From IMG/VR virus record IMGVR_UViG_3300028886_000036, positions 32,001 to 96,000 of that record: a DNA stretch of 64,000 bases; one strand, written 5' to 3'. Each line of letters opens with the position of its first letter. The stretch's first letter is position 1. The position numbers and the translations under genes were made by a program. Positions 8,330 to 19,552 of the stretch are shown here, piece by piece. The notes under the pieces were generated by a model. That model did not search any database and was not told the origin of the DNA. It saw only the letters and a program-made list of their open reading frames with translations. Source of the stretch: a virus. Taxonomy: Duplodnaviria > Caudoviricetes.

Positions 8330-9898
8330 ATGCCTAATAGTGTAAAACGATTTACTATTAAACAAAAAACTGCTTTAGGGGATCTCATCTTACATCCTGA
8401 AACAGAGATTGCCCAAATTGTAGACTTTGAATCTGGAGTTAATAGTTTAATAGCTAATGCTGCTTTCCCAAGATTTGGGCTAGTAGTTGTTAATGAATTA
8501 CCTACTGGTGATGATATTAGATATGATAAGATTTACTTGGTTACAGGTAATTCTGCTGATAATGATGAAGGAAATATATTTACAGAGTATGTTAGAGTTG
8601 GTAATAGTTGGGAAATTTTAGGTGAGCAGAGATCCGCATTACCGGTTGCAACTAGAACCAATATTGGTGTAGTTAGAATTGGTGATAATATCAATGTCGA
8701 TAATGGATTAATTAGTGTTAATACTGCTACTACATCAGCTAAAGGTGTTGTTCAGGTTGGTGACAATATTGATGTTGATGCTGGTGTAATTAGTGTCAAG
8801 AAAGGTTCTACAACTGATTTTGGTATCCTTAAAGTTGGGGATAACATTGATGTTGCTAATAGTGTTATCTCTGTTAAGAAAGGTTCAACTTCTGACTTTG
8901 GTATTTTAAAAGTTGGAGATAATATTGATGTAAGTTCCAGTGTTATTAGTGTCAAGAAAGGTGATGCTAGTAACTATGGTCTTTTAAAAGTTGGAACCAA
9001 TATTGATGTCAATGACAGTACTATCAGTGTTAAGACTGGTTCGACTACTGATAAGGGTGTTTTACAAGTCGGAGATAACCTTGATGTTGCTTCTGGAGTT
9101 ATTTCAGTTAAGAAAGCTTCTACTACAGATTTTGGCGTAGTTAAAGTTGGTACTAACATTGATGTTGGTACTGGTGCAGATTCTGGAGTAATTTCAGTTA
9201 AGACTGGTAGTACAACTGATAAAGGTGTTTTACAAGTTGGTACTAATATTGATGTAGCTAGTGGTGTAATTAGCGTTAAAGATGGATCTACTACCGACAA
9301 GGGTGTTTTACAAGTTGGAGACTATCTTAATGTTTCTAATGGGGTTGTTAACGCGGATGTTGCTACTGATTCTGCTAAGGGAGTTGTCCAGGTTGGAGAT
9401 TACCTTAGTGTTGCGTCTGGTGTAGTTTCAGCAGATGTCGCTACAGACAGTGCTAAGGGAGTTATTCAGGGCGGAGATAGAGTTACTATTAGCTCTGGTG
9501 TTTTATCAGCAGATATGCAGTATGAGATTGTTGATAATAGTAATGGTGGTACAAATACTCCTACAATTGCTGATGGATTCCTTTGGTTTGAGATCACTGG
9601 CGATGGCACAGATGGATTAACATCTAGTACATTAATACTTACAGCTCCAAGCAGTGTGACTGAAGGCAGCGCGTTAACAGTTACTGCTACAGTTACACCT
9701 AATACTGCTACTGGCACAGTTAGATTTACACTTGATGGTGAAGATGCTGGAGCCTTTAATCTTACTAATGGTACCTATGCTAGAACATTTAATAGCCTTG
9801 CAGTTGGTACTCATACAATTACTTGTGTTTATAGTGGTGACTCAACCTATAGGAGTGATTCTGCTTCAGTTGAAGATATCACTGTAACTTCGGCTTAA
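8330..9898 (+). CDS. Fibre protein with about 11 tandem ~25-aa repeats and C-terminal Ig-like (Big_3) domain
   Basis: (K)GSTTDKGVLQVGDNIDVASGVISV repeats; TATVTP...GTVRF...L.VGTHTIT..YSGD. Confidence 0.8.
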   Translation: MPNSVKRFTIKQKTALGDLILHPETEIAQIVDFESGVNSLIANAAFPRFGLVVVNELPTGDDIRYDKIYLVTGNSADNDEGNIFTEYVRVGNSWEILGEQRSALPVATRTNIGVVRIGDNINVDNGLISVNTATTSAKGVVQVGDNIDVDAGVISVKKGSTTDFGILKVGDNIDVANSVISVKKGSTSDFGILKVGDNIDVSSSVISVKKGDASNYGLLKVGTNIDVNDSTISVKTGSTTDKGVLQVGDNLDVASGVISVKKASTTDFGVVKVGTNIDVGTGADSGVISVKTGSTTDKGVLQVGTNIDVASGVISVKDGSTTDKGVLQVGDYLNVSNGVVNADVATDSAKGVVQVGDYLSVASGVVSADVATDSAKGVIQGGDRVTISSGVLSADMQYEIVDNSNGGTNTPTIADGFLWFEITGDGTDGLTSSTLILTAPSSVTEGSALTVTATVTPNTATGTVRFTLDGEDAGAFNLTNGTYARTFNSLAVGTHTITCVYSGDSTYRSDSASVEDITVTSA

Positions 9899-9914
9899 TT
9901 CAATATAAACTATA

Positions 9915-9961
9915 GGGTATATGCCTAGGGTCTAATGCCTCTAGGTATATACCCATTTTTA
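9915..9961 (+). terminator. Intrinsic terminator
   Basis: GGGTATATGCCTAG...CTAGGTATATACCC followed by T-run. Confidence 0.7.
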
Positions 9962-9988
9962 ATACAGAAAGAAAAAGAGGTGATTAGT

Positions 9989-11947
9989 ATACCTACTGAA
10001 GTTATTAAACTTGGTAAAATTTATAAAAAGATTAGTAATACCACCTCTCAGGTACTTCACCCAGAAACAGAAACATCACAGCTAGTAGACTTTCCAGATA
10101 AATATAATAACTCTGGTAAATATTTGTCTACTGACGGTATTAACTTATTTTGGAATACTGTTTCAGCTGGAGATTCTTTACCAGATCAAGCTGGAAACTC
10201 TGGTAAATATTTAACCACTAATGGCACTACAGTTAGCTGGGCAGAATTAGGAGTAACATTACCATCTCAAACCGGAAATGCTGGAAAAGTATTACTTACA
10301 AATGGAACAACAGCTTCTTGGGTTTCTTTAAATAGCATTCAAGAGGTATTTAATGTTAATTCATCCACTACTTCTGTTACTTTAGAATCAATACCTAATA
10401 ATGCCGAGTCTAAGTATATAGCAGTGTATCATGACGGGTTAAGATTAGTTGATAATATAGATTATACCTATAATAGCTCAACTAAATCAGTTTCTTTTAG
10501 CAGAAGCTTTTTAGATGGAGATCAAGTAGTTGTATACATTGGACCTATAGATTTCGGAACTGGAGAATCGTCTAGTGAGGGAGGATCTGTTGAAGGCTTG
10601 CCAAGTCAAACTGGCAATGCAGGAAAGTTTCTTACTACTAATGGCACAACATTATCCTGGGCTACAGTAAATGCCTTGCCATCTCAAACAGGTAATTCTG
10701 GTAAATTCCTTACTACAAATGGTACCACTGCTTCTTGGGATACTATATTTTCTGGGGATTATACTGATTTAACAAATAAACCAGATCTTACTTTGAAAGC
10801 TAATGTAGCTGATTTGGCTACTGTAGCTACTACTGGGGACTATGAAGATTTAACCAATCTTCCAGATATTCCAGAGATACCTGATCAGGCAAACAATGCT
10901 GGTAAATTTCTTACTACTGATGGAACTGATTTATCTTGGTCTGATATACTTAATGAGGTTAAAGTAAGTTCTGTTCATTATCCAACAATAAATACTAATA
11001 CAGTAGTGCTTACACAAGCACAAGCTTTACCTAGTACTATTAGTAAATATACTATGTCGGTATATAGAGATGGTATTTATCTTAATCCTAGTATAGATTA
11101 TGGCTATAATAGCTCTACTAGAACATTGACCTTTGTTAAATCCTTTAAAGCAGATGAGGTTGTAACTGTTTTATTTACATATCTTACAACTGACTCTCAA
11201 TCAATGTTAGATTTAGATGTTGAAGAATATGAAGCAGGTAGTGGTATTACTTTCACTAATAACGCTATTAATAATAAAATTACTATTAGCGCGAATGATC
11301 AATTGCCTACTCAAACAAATAACAGTGGTAAATATTTAACTACTAACGGAAGTACTTTAAGTTGGGCTAATGTTGATGAGTTTCCAACTCAAGCTAACAA
11401 TAGTGGAAAATTCTTAACTACTAATGGTACAACAGTATCTTGGGGAACTCCCACCGATACAACATATACACAAGGAACTGGAATAACAATAACAGGAACT
11501 ACTATTAGTGCAAATGATCAATTACCTGCTCGAACAGGTAAATCTGGTCAATATCTTACTACAGATGGGACGAACGTGTCTTGGGGTCTTGCTGTTGTGC
11601 ATCCTTCTGAAAAATGTGTACTAAATAATAATGCAAGCGGTACTATAACATTAGATATTGATGATGCAGTTATTTATAGTTTAAATATGACAGGTAATTC
11701 CAGTATTGTAATATCTAAAGATTCTACACTAGATGTGTATTCTACTAATAGATCAGCTACAATTACATTACTTATTAAAAATGGTGGTAGTTATATTATT
11801 AATTGGCCTAGCAACTTAAATTGGGCCGATAGTATAGCCCCAACATTAAGTATCAATAATAAATATGATGTAATTACTTTAATTACATTTGACAGTGGTA
11901 CTACCTGGTTAGGTTTAAGTACTGGTTCTAACTATACACTTAGTTAA
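9989..11947 (+). CDS. Modular tail/head fibre protein (probable ATA start)
   Basis: LPSQTGNSGKFLTTNGTTASW repeats; GAGGTG RBS precedes ATA-CCT; track ATG at 9935 lies inside a terminator. Confidence 0.75.
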   Translation: MPTEVIKLGKIYKKISNTTSQVLHPETETSQLVDFPDKYNNSGKYLSTDGINLFWNTVSAGDSLPDQAGNSGKYLTTNGTTVSWAELGVTLPSQTGNAGKVLLTNGTTASWVSLNSIQEVFNVNSSTTSVTLESIPNNAESKYIAVYHDGLRLVDNIDYTYNSSTKSVSFSRSFLDGDQVVVYIGPIDFGTGESSSEGGSVEGLPSQTGNAGKFLTTNGTTLSWATVNALPSQTGNSGKFLTTNGTTASWDTIFSGDYTDLTNKPDLTLKANVADLATVATTGDYEDLTNLPDIPEIPDQANNAGKFLTTDGTDLSWSDILNEVKVSSVHYPTINTNTVVLTQAQALPSTISKYTMSVYRDGIYLNPSIDYGYNSSTRTLTFVKSFKADEVVTVLFTYLTTDSQSMLDLDVEEYEAGSGITFTNNAINNKITISANDQLPTQTNNSGKYLTTNGSTLSWANVDEFPTQANNSGKFLTTNGTTVSWGTPTDTTYTQGTGITITGTTISANDQLPARTGKSGQYLTTDGTNVSWGLAVVHPSEKCVLNNNASGTITLDIDDAVIYSLNMTGNSSIVISKDSTLDVYSTNRSATITLLIKNGGSYIINWPSNLNWADSIAPTLSINNKYDVITLITFDSGTTWLGLSTGSNYTLS

Positions 11948-11964
11948 AGGAGGGAGAAGTAATC

Positions 11965-14900
11965 ATGCCTACACCTAATTATACAATTGATAAGTTAAAA
12001 CAGCATTTTACAGTAACTATAAATGAACTTCTTCCTACCCAAAGTGGTAATAGTGGAAAGTTCTTAACTACTAACGGAGAAACTATTTCTTGGGCTACAG
12101 TAGATGCTTTACCATCTCAAACAGGCCAATCGGGAAAGTTTCTTACTACTAATGGTACTACAGCAACCTGGGAAACTGTTGATGTTTTACCTACTCAAAC
12201 AAATAATTCTGGCAAATATTTAACTACTAACGGTAGTGTATTAAGCTGGGCTACGGTTGATGCGTTACCAAGTCAAACTGGTCAGAATGGTAAATTTTTA
12301 GCTACTAATGGTACTAATGCAGTTTGGACAGAAATATTTTCTGGAGAAGTTAGAGTATCATCTACACATCACCCGACATCTAACTCTACTACTATAGTAT
12401 TAACTAGTTCTCAAGTCCCAGAGTCTAATGTAGAACAATGGGGATTATCTGTATATAGAGATGGTATTTATCTTATTGACGGTATTGATTACACTTATGC
12501 AAACAATAGTAGAACATTAACTTTTACTAGATCTTTTGAATCTAATGAAGTAGTTAGTGTTAATTTTGCCTATTTAAGTAGTGATAGTGGAACTTCTGGA
12601 TCTACATCATTACCAACTCAAACAGGTCAAAATGGTAAATTCTTATCTACAAATGGACTTGATGCAGTTTGGTCTGATTTACCAATAGCTTCGTCATCTA
12701 CTCTTGGCACTATCAAAGTTGGAAGTAATTTATCTATTAACTCCACTACTGGGGTATTGTCGGCAGATGATCAACTTCCATCACAAACAAACAATAGTGG
12801 TAAATACTTAACTACTAATGGAACATCTGTTTCGTGGGGAACTGTTGATGCCTTACCTTCTCAAACTGGTAATTCTGGCAAAGTATTATCAACTAATGGA
12901 ACTACTGCAAGTTGGATTACAGATGCATTTAGTTCTTGGGATAAAGATTATGATGACTTAACAAATAAACCCACTATACCAGTTGTTCCTACTACAGTAT
13001 CTTCATTTACAAACGATGCAGGATATATAACTAGCGTTGCTTGGAATGATGTTACTAATAAGCCAACGTTATTCTCTGGTAGTTATAATGATTTAACTAA
13101 CAAGCCAGATCTTACTTTAAAAGCTAATGTAGCAGACTTAGCATCAGTTGCAACTAGTGGTAGCTATAATGATTTAGTAGATACACCTACTATCCCCACT
13201 GTACCAACTAATATTAGTTCGTTTACTAATGATGCTGGATATATTACTACAGTTGCGTGGAATGATGTTACTAATAAACCAACATTTGCTACAGTAGCTA
13301 CCAGTGGAGATTATGATGATTTACTCAATAAACCAACTATTCCTACAATACCTACCAATGTATCTTCGTTTACGAATGATTCGGGGTATATAACTAGTGT
13401 TGACTGGGACGATGTTGATAATAAACCCACATTCTTTTCTGGTAATTATAACGATTTATCGAATAAACCGGATCTTACATTAAAAGCTAATGTATCTGAT
13501 TTAGCTACAGTAGCTACTAGTGGTAGTTATAATGATTTATCAGATACACCTACTATACCAACTGTTCCAACAAATGTTAGTGCTTTCACAAATGATTCTG
13601 GGTATATCACTGGAGTTGCTTGGAATGACATAAGTAATAAACCTACATTTGCAACAGTAGCTAATAGCGGAGATTATTCAGATTTAATAAATGTTCCTAC
13701 TAATGTATCTGATTTTACAAACGATGCTGGTTACATTACTTCAGTTGATTGGGACGATGTTGAAAATAAACCTTCTACATTTGCCCCAGCTATACACAAT
13801 CACGATTCTGAATATACTCCGTTATCTACTAGTGTAGGTTCTTCAACCCAAGGTGTATATACCGATATAGATGGTGTAATTAGGGCTATGACGTATCAGC
13901 TTAATAAAACAGTTCCAGCAGATGCTGTGTTTACAGATACGATATACACATTGCCAGAAGCTACTACATCAGAGTTAGGCGGAGTTATAGTCGGGGCTGG
14001 ATTAAGTGTTACAGCTAATGGAACACTTTCAGCTGATAGTCAATTACCAACATTAACTGGGAACTCTGGTAAATATCTTACTACAAATGGTACTAATGTT
14101 TCGTGGGCTAGCATATCTGAATATAGTTTAACGAAGGCTTCTACTACTGAGCTTGGTGGTATTAAAGTCGGGGATAGATTAAGTATAGATTCTAATGGAT
14201 TTTTAAGCGCAGATGAACAATTACCAACTATAACAGGAAATTCTGGGAAGTTCTTAACTACAGATGGTACATCTGTTTCGTGGGGAGATACTCCAGAATA
14301 TACTCTTCCAACTGCTTCAAGTTCAACTTTAGGTGGTATTAAAGTAGGGTCTGGATTATCTATTTCATCCGGGGTTTTATCAGCAGATAATCAATTACCA
14401 ACTCAGACTAACAATAGTGGTAAATACTTAACTACTAATGGCACTTCTGCGTCGTGGGCTAATATTACTGTTACAGGAGTTACTACAACTGGAAGCGGTA
14501 ATGCTGTTACTAGTATTACAGATAATGGTGCTGGTCAATTAACTGCTACAAAAGGATTAACCTTTGCTACTTTAGCTTCCCCAGAATTCACGGGTACTCC
14601 GACTGCTCCGACTGCAACTGCAGGAGATAATAGTACTCAGATTGCTACTACTGCATATGTTGATGGGGCTGTATCAAGTTTAGTTAATTCTGCACCTACA
14701 ACTTTAGATACACTTAATGAATTAGCTGCAGCATTAGGTAATGATCCTAATTTTGCTACAACTGTTTCTACTAGCTTGGGTAATAAGTTAGATAGCAATA
14801 GTGCTAATTACATTAAGTCATTATCCATTTCTGGTAAGACTATTACATATACTAAAGGTAACAATACTACTGGTACTTTAACAACTCAAGATACTACTTA

Positions 14901-17745
14901 TACTCAAGGAACCGGTATTACAATATCTAACGGAGTCATTAGTGCAAATGATCAGTTGCCATCTCAAAGTAATAAAGCTGGGAAATATCTATATACAGAT
15001 GGATCAGATGTATCTTGGGAGGATATTCCGGAATATACTTTACCTGAAGCTACTACAAGCAATCTAGGTGGAGTTATTATTGGAGATGGATTAAGTGTCG
15101 CTGCTGATGGTACTATTTCAGTGGATGATCAGCTTCCAGTTCAAACAAGTAATAATGGCAAATACTTAACTACCAATGGTACTTCTGCGTCATGGGCAAG
15201 TATTCCAGAATATTCAACCGTGACAACAAGTGCTGCTGGGTTAATGTCACCAGAAGATAAAACTAAGTTAGATAGTTTAGATAATTATACTTTACCGATA
15301 GCTAGTTCTTCAACTTTAGGTGGAATTAAAGTTGGTGATAATCTTACTATCGATTCATCTACAGGGGTACTTAGTGCAGATAATACGCTTCCGTCTCAGA
15401 CTAATAATGCTGGTAAATTTCTTACTACTGATGGAACAGATGCATCTTGGTCCGATATATTAGATGAAATTAAGGTAAGTTCTATTCATTATCCAACTAC
15501 TAATACTACTACAATTGTATTGACTGAACAGCAAGCTATTCCATCTACTATTAACAAATATGCTATGACAGTTTACAGAGACGGTATTTATCTTAATCCA
15601 TCTGTAGACTATGGATATAATAGTACTACTAGAACTTTAACTTTTACAGAAGCATTTGATGAGGACGAAGTAGTCACAGTAGTTTTTACTTATGTCACTA
15701 CTGATTCACAAGTTACATTGGATCTTGATGTAGATGAATATGAAGCTGGTTCTGGTATTACTTTTACCAATAATGCAGTTACTAATAAGGTAGTAATTAA
15801 TGCTGATGATCAGCTACCATCACAAGCCAATAATTCAGGTAAATTCCTTACTACAAATGGAAGTGCTGTAAGTTGGGAAACTGTGGATGCTCTTCCTGAT
15901 CAGACCAATAATAGTGGAAAGTATTTAACTACTAATGGAGCAAGTGCTTCTTGGGCTACTATTACACAGTATACATTACCTGAGGCTACTACATCTACCT
16001 TAGGTGGAGTTATAGTTGGGTCTGGCTTATCTGTAAATAATGGAACTATTTCAGTTAATGATCAATTACCGTCTCAAACGAGTAATTCAGGTAAATTCCT
16101 TACCACCAACGGAACAACAGCTTCTTGGGCTACTGTGGATGCTTTACCTCCTCAGTCTGGTAATTCAGGTAAATTCCTTACTACAAATGGTACTTCTGCA
16201 TCTTGGGAAGATATACCCAATACTGAATTAAAAATAAGTTCACTACATTATCCATCTCTTGGGGATACTACAGTCACTTTAACTAGTGCTGAATCTATAC
16301 CATCAGATGTTAATAAATATGCAATGGCTGTGTATAGGGATGGTATATATCTGAACCCAAGTTTAGATTATGGATTTAATAGTAGTACTAGAGTTATTAC
16401 ATTCAGTAGAGCTTTTGAAGCTGACGAAGTAGTTACAGTTATATTTACGTATATTAGCTCTGATACTCAAGCTGCTATAGAATTAGATGTTGAAGAATAT
16501 GAAGCTGGTACAGGAATAGCATTTACTACAAATGCGATTACTAATAAAGTTACTATAAGTACTATAGGTGATGGGTTACCTTCACAAAGCAATAATTCAG
16601 GGAAGTTCCTTACTACAAATGGATCTGAAGCATCATGGGCAGATATTGATGCTCTTCCAGATCAAACTAACAATTCGGGTAAAATTTTAGTAACAGATGG
16701 AACTGATGCTGACTGGAAAGGAATATTTAGTAAGTTTGTTAATATTGCTGCTGTAAACGGAGCTCATACCGTAACAATTCCATCAGGATTCTTAGATGGA
16801 GAAGATTACGATAGTTTAGCAGTATATCTTGCTGGAGTTAAACAAAATAGTACTTATGACTATACTATTAATACTTCTACAGGAGTTGTTACTTTTGTAG
16901 ACGAATTATTAGATGGAGATATAGTTACGGTTGGTATTTTTGCATCTACTGGATTTTATGACTCGTCAGATAATGATGTACAAGTATTATATAATCAAAC
17001 TCCAGGTGTACTTACTTCTGATGGCTCTAATATGTCTTGGAAGAATTTTACCAAGATGTCTTATGTAGTTGATACTACATCTGCTAATGAAGTTATAACT
17101 ATACCAGCTGCTAATAGAACTGATGTAGTTTCTACAGAAGTATATAGAAATGGGTTACTATTAGTTCCTTCTGATGACTATACTATAAATACTACTACCG
17201 GAAATATTACATTTGTAGTACCAATTCAAGCTAATGAGAAAATAAATGTAATTACTCAAAAATCTATAGTAGGTCAAGTTATTAATTACTCAACTGCAGT
17301 TACTCAAGATGTATCAGACAATAGTACAAATGTAGCTACTACAGCATATGTATCTAATAAAATAGCTTCTTATCAATATCAAACTGAATCTGATGTGAAT
17401 ACTGCTATAAATAATAGATTTGCTAATCCAGTAGAAAAAGTTAATGTAATAGCTTCAAATGCTAGTATAAGTATTAATCCTAATAACGGGTCTTTATTTA
17501 TGTTATCATTATCTACTAATTCTACTATAAGTATTGGTACTATTCAGAATGGGCCATATACTACTAATGGGGCAACAATTACACTATATCTTAATAATAC
17601 AAGTAATACAATTTCTTGGGGTAGCAGTATTACATGGATATCTGGATCGGCTCCCGATGTTACTACAAACCCATCTATTATCACGTTTATCACCTTTAAT
17701 GGTGGGACTAATTGGTATGGATCTAGTGCTGAAGTGGAAAGCTAA
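11965..17745 (+). CDS. Large modular fibre protein (1926 aa)
   Basis: Many LPSQT..SGKFLTTNG..SW, ATSGSYNDL, ASSSTLGGIKVG repeats; APTTLDTLNELAAALGNDPNFATT tail-fibre motif. Confidence 0.85.
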   Translation: MPTPNYTIDKLKQHFTVTINELLPTQSGNSGKFLTTNGETISWATVDALPSQTGQSGKFLTTNGTTATWETVDVLPTQTNNSGKYLTTNGSVLSWATVDALPSQTGQNGKFLATNGTNAVWTEIFSGEVRVSSTHHPTSNSTTIVLTSSQVPESNVEQWGLSVYRDGIYLIDGIDYTYANNSRTLTFTRSFESNEVVSVNFAYLSSDSGTSGSTSLPTQTGQNGKFLSTNGLDAVWSDLPIASSSTLGTIKVGSNLSINSTTGVLSADDQLPSQTNNSGKYLTTNGTSVSWGTVDALPSQTGNSGKVLSTNGTTASWITDAFSSWDKDYDDLTNKPTIPVVPTTVSSFTNDAGYITSVAWNDVTNKPTLFSGSYNDLTNKPDLTLKANVADLASVATSGSYNDLVDTPTIPTVPTNISSFTNDAGYITTVAWNDVTNKPTFATVATSGDYDDLLNKPTIPTIPTNVSSFTNDSGYITSVDWDDVDNKPTFFSGNYNDLSNKPDLTLKANVSDLATVATSGSYNDLSDTPTIPTVPTNVSAFTNDSGYITGVAWNDISNKPTFATVANSGDYSDLINVPTNVSDFTNDAGYITSVDWDDVENKPSTFAPAIHNHDSEYTPLSTSVGSSTQGVYTDIDGVIRAMTYQLNKTVPADAVFTDTIYTLPEATTSELGGVIVGAGLSVTANGTLSADSQLPTLTGNSGKYLTTNGTNVSWASISEYSLTKASTTELGGIKVGDRLSIDSNGFLSADEQLPTITGNSGKFLTTDGTSVSWGDTPEYTLPTASSSTLGGIKVGSGLSISSGVLSADNQLPTQTNNSGKYLTTNGTSASWANITVTGVTTTGSGNAVTSITDNGAGQLTATKGLTFATLASPEFTGTPTAPTATAGDNSTQIATTAYVDGAVSSLVNSAPTTLDTLNELAAALGNDPNFATTVSTSLGNKLDSNSANYIKSLSISGKTITYTKGNNTTGTLTTQDTTYTQGTGITISNGVISANDQLPSQSNKAGKYLYTDGSDVSWEDIPEYTLPEATTSNLGGVIIGDGLSVAADGTISVDDQLPVQTSNNGKYLTTNGTSASWASIPEYSTVTTSAAGLMSPEDKTKLDSLDNYTLPIASSSTLGGIKVGDNLTIDSSTGVLSADNTLPSQTNNAGKFLTTDGTDASWSDILDEIKVSSIHYPTTNTTTIVLTEQQAIPSTINKYAMTVYRDGIYLNPSVDYGYNSTTRTLTFTEAFDEDEVVTVVFTYVTTDSQVTLDLDVDEYEAGSGITFTNNAVTNKVVINADDQLPSQANNSGKFLTTNGSAVSWETVDALPDQTNNSGKYLTTNGASASWATITQYTLPEATTSTLGGVIVGSGLSVNNGTISVNDQLPSQTSNSGKFLTTNGTTASWATVDALPPQSGNSGKFLTTNGTSASWEDIPNTELKISSLHYPSLGDTTVTLTSAESIPSDVNKYAMAVYRDGIYLNPSLDYGFNSSTRVITFSRAFEADEVVTVIFTYISSDTQAAIELDVEEYEAGTGIAFTTNAITNKVTISTIGDGLPSQSNNSGKFLTTNGSEASWADIDALPDQTNNSGKILVTDGTDADWKGIFSKFVNIAAVNGAHTVTIPSGFLDGEDYDSLAVYLAGVKQNSTYDYTINTSTGVVTFVDELLDGDIVTVGIFASTGFYDSSDNDVQVLYNQTPGVLTSDGSNMSWKNFTKMSYVVDTTSANEVITIPAANRTDVVSTEVYRNGLLLVPSDDYTINTTTGNITFVVPIQANEKINVITQKSIVGQVINYSTAVTQDVSDNSTNVATTAYVSNKIASYQYQTESDVNTAINNRFANPVEKVNVIASNASISINPNNGSLFMLSLSTNSTISIGTIQNGPYTTNGATITLYLNNTSNTISWGSSITWISGSAPDVTTNPSIITFITFNGGTNWYGSSAEVES

Positions 17746-18800
17746 TGCTTAATTATAGTAGAAATTTAGAAATGAGTATAGTGGACGGCCATTTTAATGA
17801 TGGTCGTCCTATTATACTTGGCTTGGAATATGTTTCAAGCTCTTATACTTGGAGAAGAATTGATGTTGATTCTAATGTAGTAACTATGACTAGTTCTGAA
17901 ATAGACTCACATCCTATTTTTAGTAATATGTATACCGAGACTGTAGATGGATGTGCTATGGTTAGGATACCTAGATTTTATTTTATATATCAAAAAGTAT
18001 CTACCGGTCATAAATGGTGGATAGCCCCATTTAGATTTAGAATAGGTAATACTTTAGCAGAACCGCATAGAGCTTTTATTTATAATGGTGAAGCACTTAA
18101 ATACTTTTATTTAAGTCAGTATGAAGTATCTACAGATCCCGATAATAGCAACATGGTTACATCTGCTGTTAATAAAACTGTTCTTACTGGAAAATCGTTA
18201 ACTCAAATGAAAACTTTATGTGAAGCTAGAAATACTAATGGTGTAACTGGATTTAGAATGTTTAATATATACCAGTTAGGTGCAATTCAAATGCTGTTTT
18301 TATTTGATAAAGCTAATCCAGATTCTCAGGCACTTTGCGGCACCGGACAAGCCAATACTGGTAAAGTTTTAGCTACTGGAGCTAATAATAATAACGGGAG
18401 AGATCTGCATGAACTTTGGGGAAATGCAACACATCTTATTGAAGGATTGGAAAATAGATCAACTAAAATGTATATTTGGCCTAGTGTTAGTAATGAAACT
18501 TTTGAGGATACCAATCAAACTATACCAACTATATCTGGTGGCGGATTTATTACTGATATTCAAGAATATGCTGCAAATATTGGTTTGTTTATAGCATCAA
18601 GTCATTCTTCTAGTGCTACTAACAATATGCTTCCTGATAAGTTTTGGAGTAAAGGATCTGGAAATTTAATATGTTCTCATGGTGGTAAATATTCATCTAG
18701 CACTGGTGCTGGACTATTTAACATTGGTGTTGACAATACAGAAGCAAACGCAGCTACCGCTGCATATACTACTAGATTAAGTAAATACGATTTAAGGTAA
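17745..18800 (+). CDS. Tail-associated protein, CLec/FGE-sulfatase-like fold
   Basis: MVRIPRFY, HRAF, YEVS, LWGN, HGG...GAGLF...TRL pattern. Confidence 0.6.
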   Translation: MLNYSRNLEMSIVDGHFNDGRPIILGLEYVSSSYTWRRIDVDSNVVTMTSSEIDSHPIFSNMYTETVDGCAMVRIPRFYFIYQKVSTGHKWWIAPFRFRIGNTLAEPHRAFIYNGEALKYFYLSQYEVSTDPDNSNMVTSAVNKTVLTGKSLTQMKTLCEARNTNGVTGFRMFNIYQLGAIQMLFLFDKANPDSQALCGTGQANTGKVLATGANNNNGRDLHELWGNATHLIEGLENRSTKMYIWPSVSNETFEDTNQTIPTISGGGFITDIQEYAANIGLFIASSHSSSATNNMLPDKFWSKGSGNLICSHGGKYSSSTGAGLFNIGVDNTEANAATAAYTTRLSKYDLR

Positions 18801-18840
18801 CATAAATGATTTTACAAGTGACAGAAAGAGGTGATGTAAA

Positions 18841-19539
18841 ATACCAAATACTTCATTACAACAGATTAAGAATCATATTATTAGATCATTAAATCATAAA
18901 GAAAACTATATACCTATTGCTAATCAAACTGATATAGTTCTTTCAGCAACTCAACAAGCTATTTTTACTATGAACAATGTTAAATATATAGTTGTATATG
19001 TTAATGGGTTAAGAATGGATGAAGGCGACGATTATACTTATAGTAGTTCTACTTATACACTTACTTTTACAGAAGCATTTGAAGGTGGAGAAAAAGTAAC
19101 CGTAGTAATATCTTATTTTGATGATAGTGCTACTGATATAGCGTTATTTGCTACAAGTGATGTATATGAAAAGCCATTAGAAAAAGTAAAAACCTATAGT
19201 ACTTTCTCAAATACCAATATAACGTTAGATATACTTAACTTTAACCTATTTGTAATAGATATGAGATCTAACACTCCAAATTCATTAACTATTAATATAC
19301 CAAATACTTCAGGTCCGGCTATTGGTAAAAGTATAATGTTGAGTATAATTTTAGGATCTACATTACCAACTATTTCTTGGAGTAGTAATGTTATTTGGAA
19401 CACCTCTGATACTACAGCACCTACTTTTGAAGCTAGTAAAAGTTATAACATCAGTATGTTCCAAGTAAATAGTAATACTAAATATATTGGGAATGTAAAT
19501 AGCTCATTCACTACTTCTGATTTATTGTTAAGTAGTTAA
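18841..19539 (+). CDS. Fibre-associated structural protein (probable ATA start)
   Basis: Frame open from ATA at 18841 behind GAGGTG; VYVNGL...DYTY and W...APT modules shared with fibres. Confidence 0.7.
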   Translation: MPNTSLQQIKNHIIRSLNHKENYIPIANQTDIVLSATQQAIFTMNNVKYIVVYVNGLRMDEGDDYTYSSSTYTLTFTEAFEGGEKVTVVISYFDDSATDIALFATSDVYEKPLEKVKTYSTFSNTNITLDILNFNLFVIDMRSNTPNSLTINIPNTSGPAIGKSIMLSIILGSTLPTISWSSNVIWNTSDTTAPTFEASKSYNISMFQVNSNTKYIGNVNSSFTTSDLLLSS

Positions 19540-19552
19540 AGGAGTAAATAAA

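Noticed and set aside
9935-9988. ATG start at 9935
   Set aside because: Lies inside a terminator hairpin with no RBS; a strong RBS precedes ATA at 9989.
8640-17400. CRISPR array or DGR TR/VR pair among the repeats
   Set aside because: Repeats are in-frame protein repeats with synonymous divergence; no constant repeat-spacer pattern, no adenine-specific mismatches, no RT gene.
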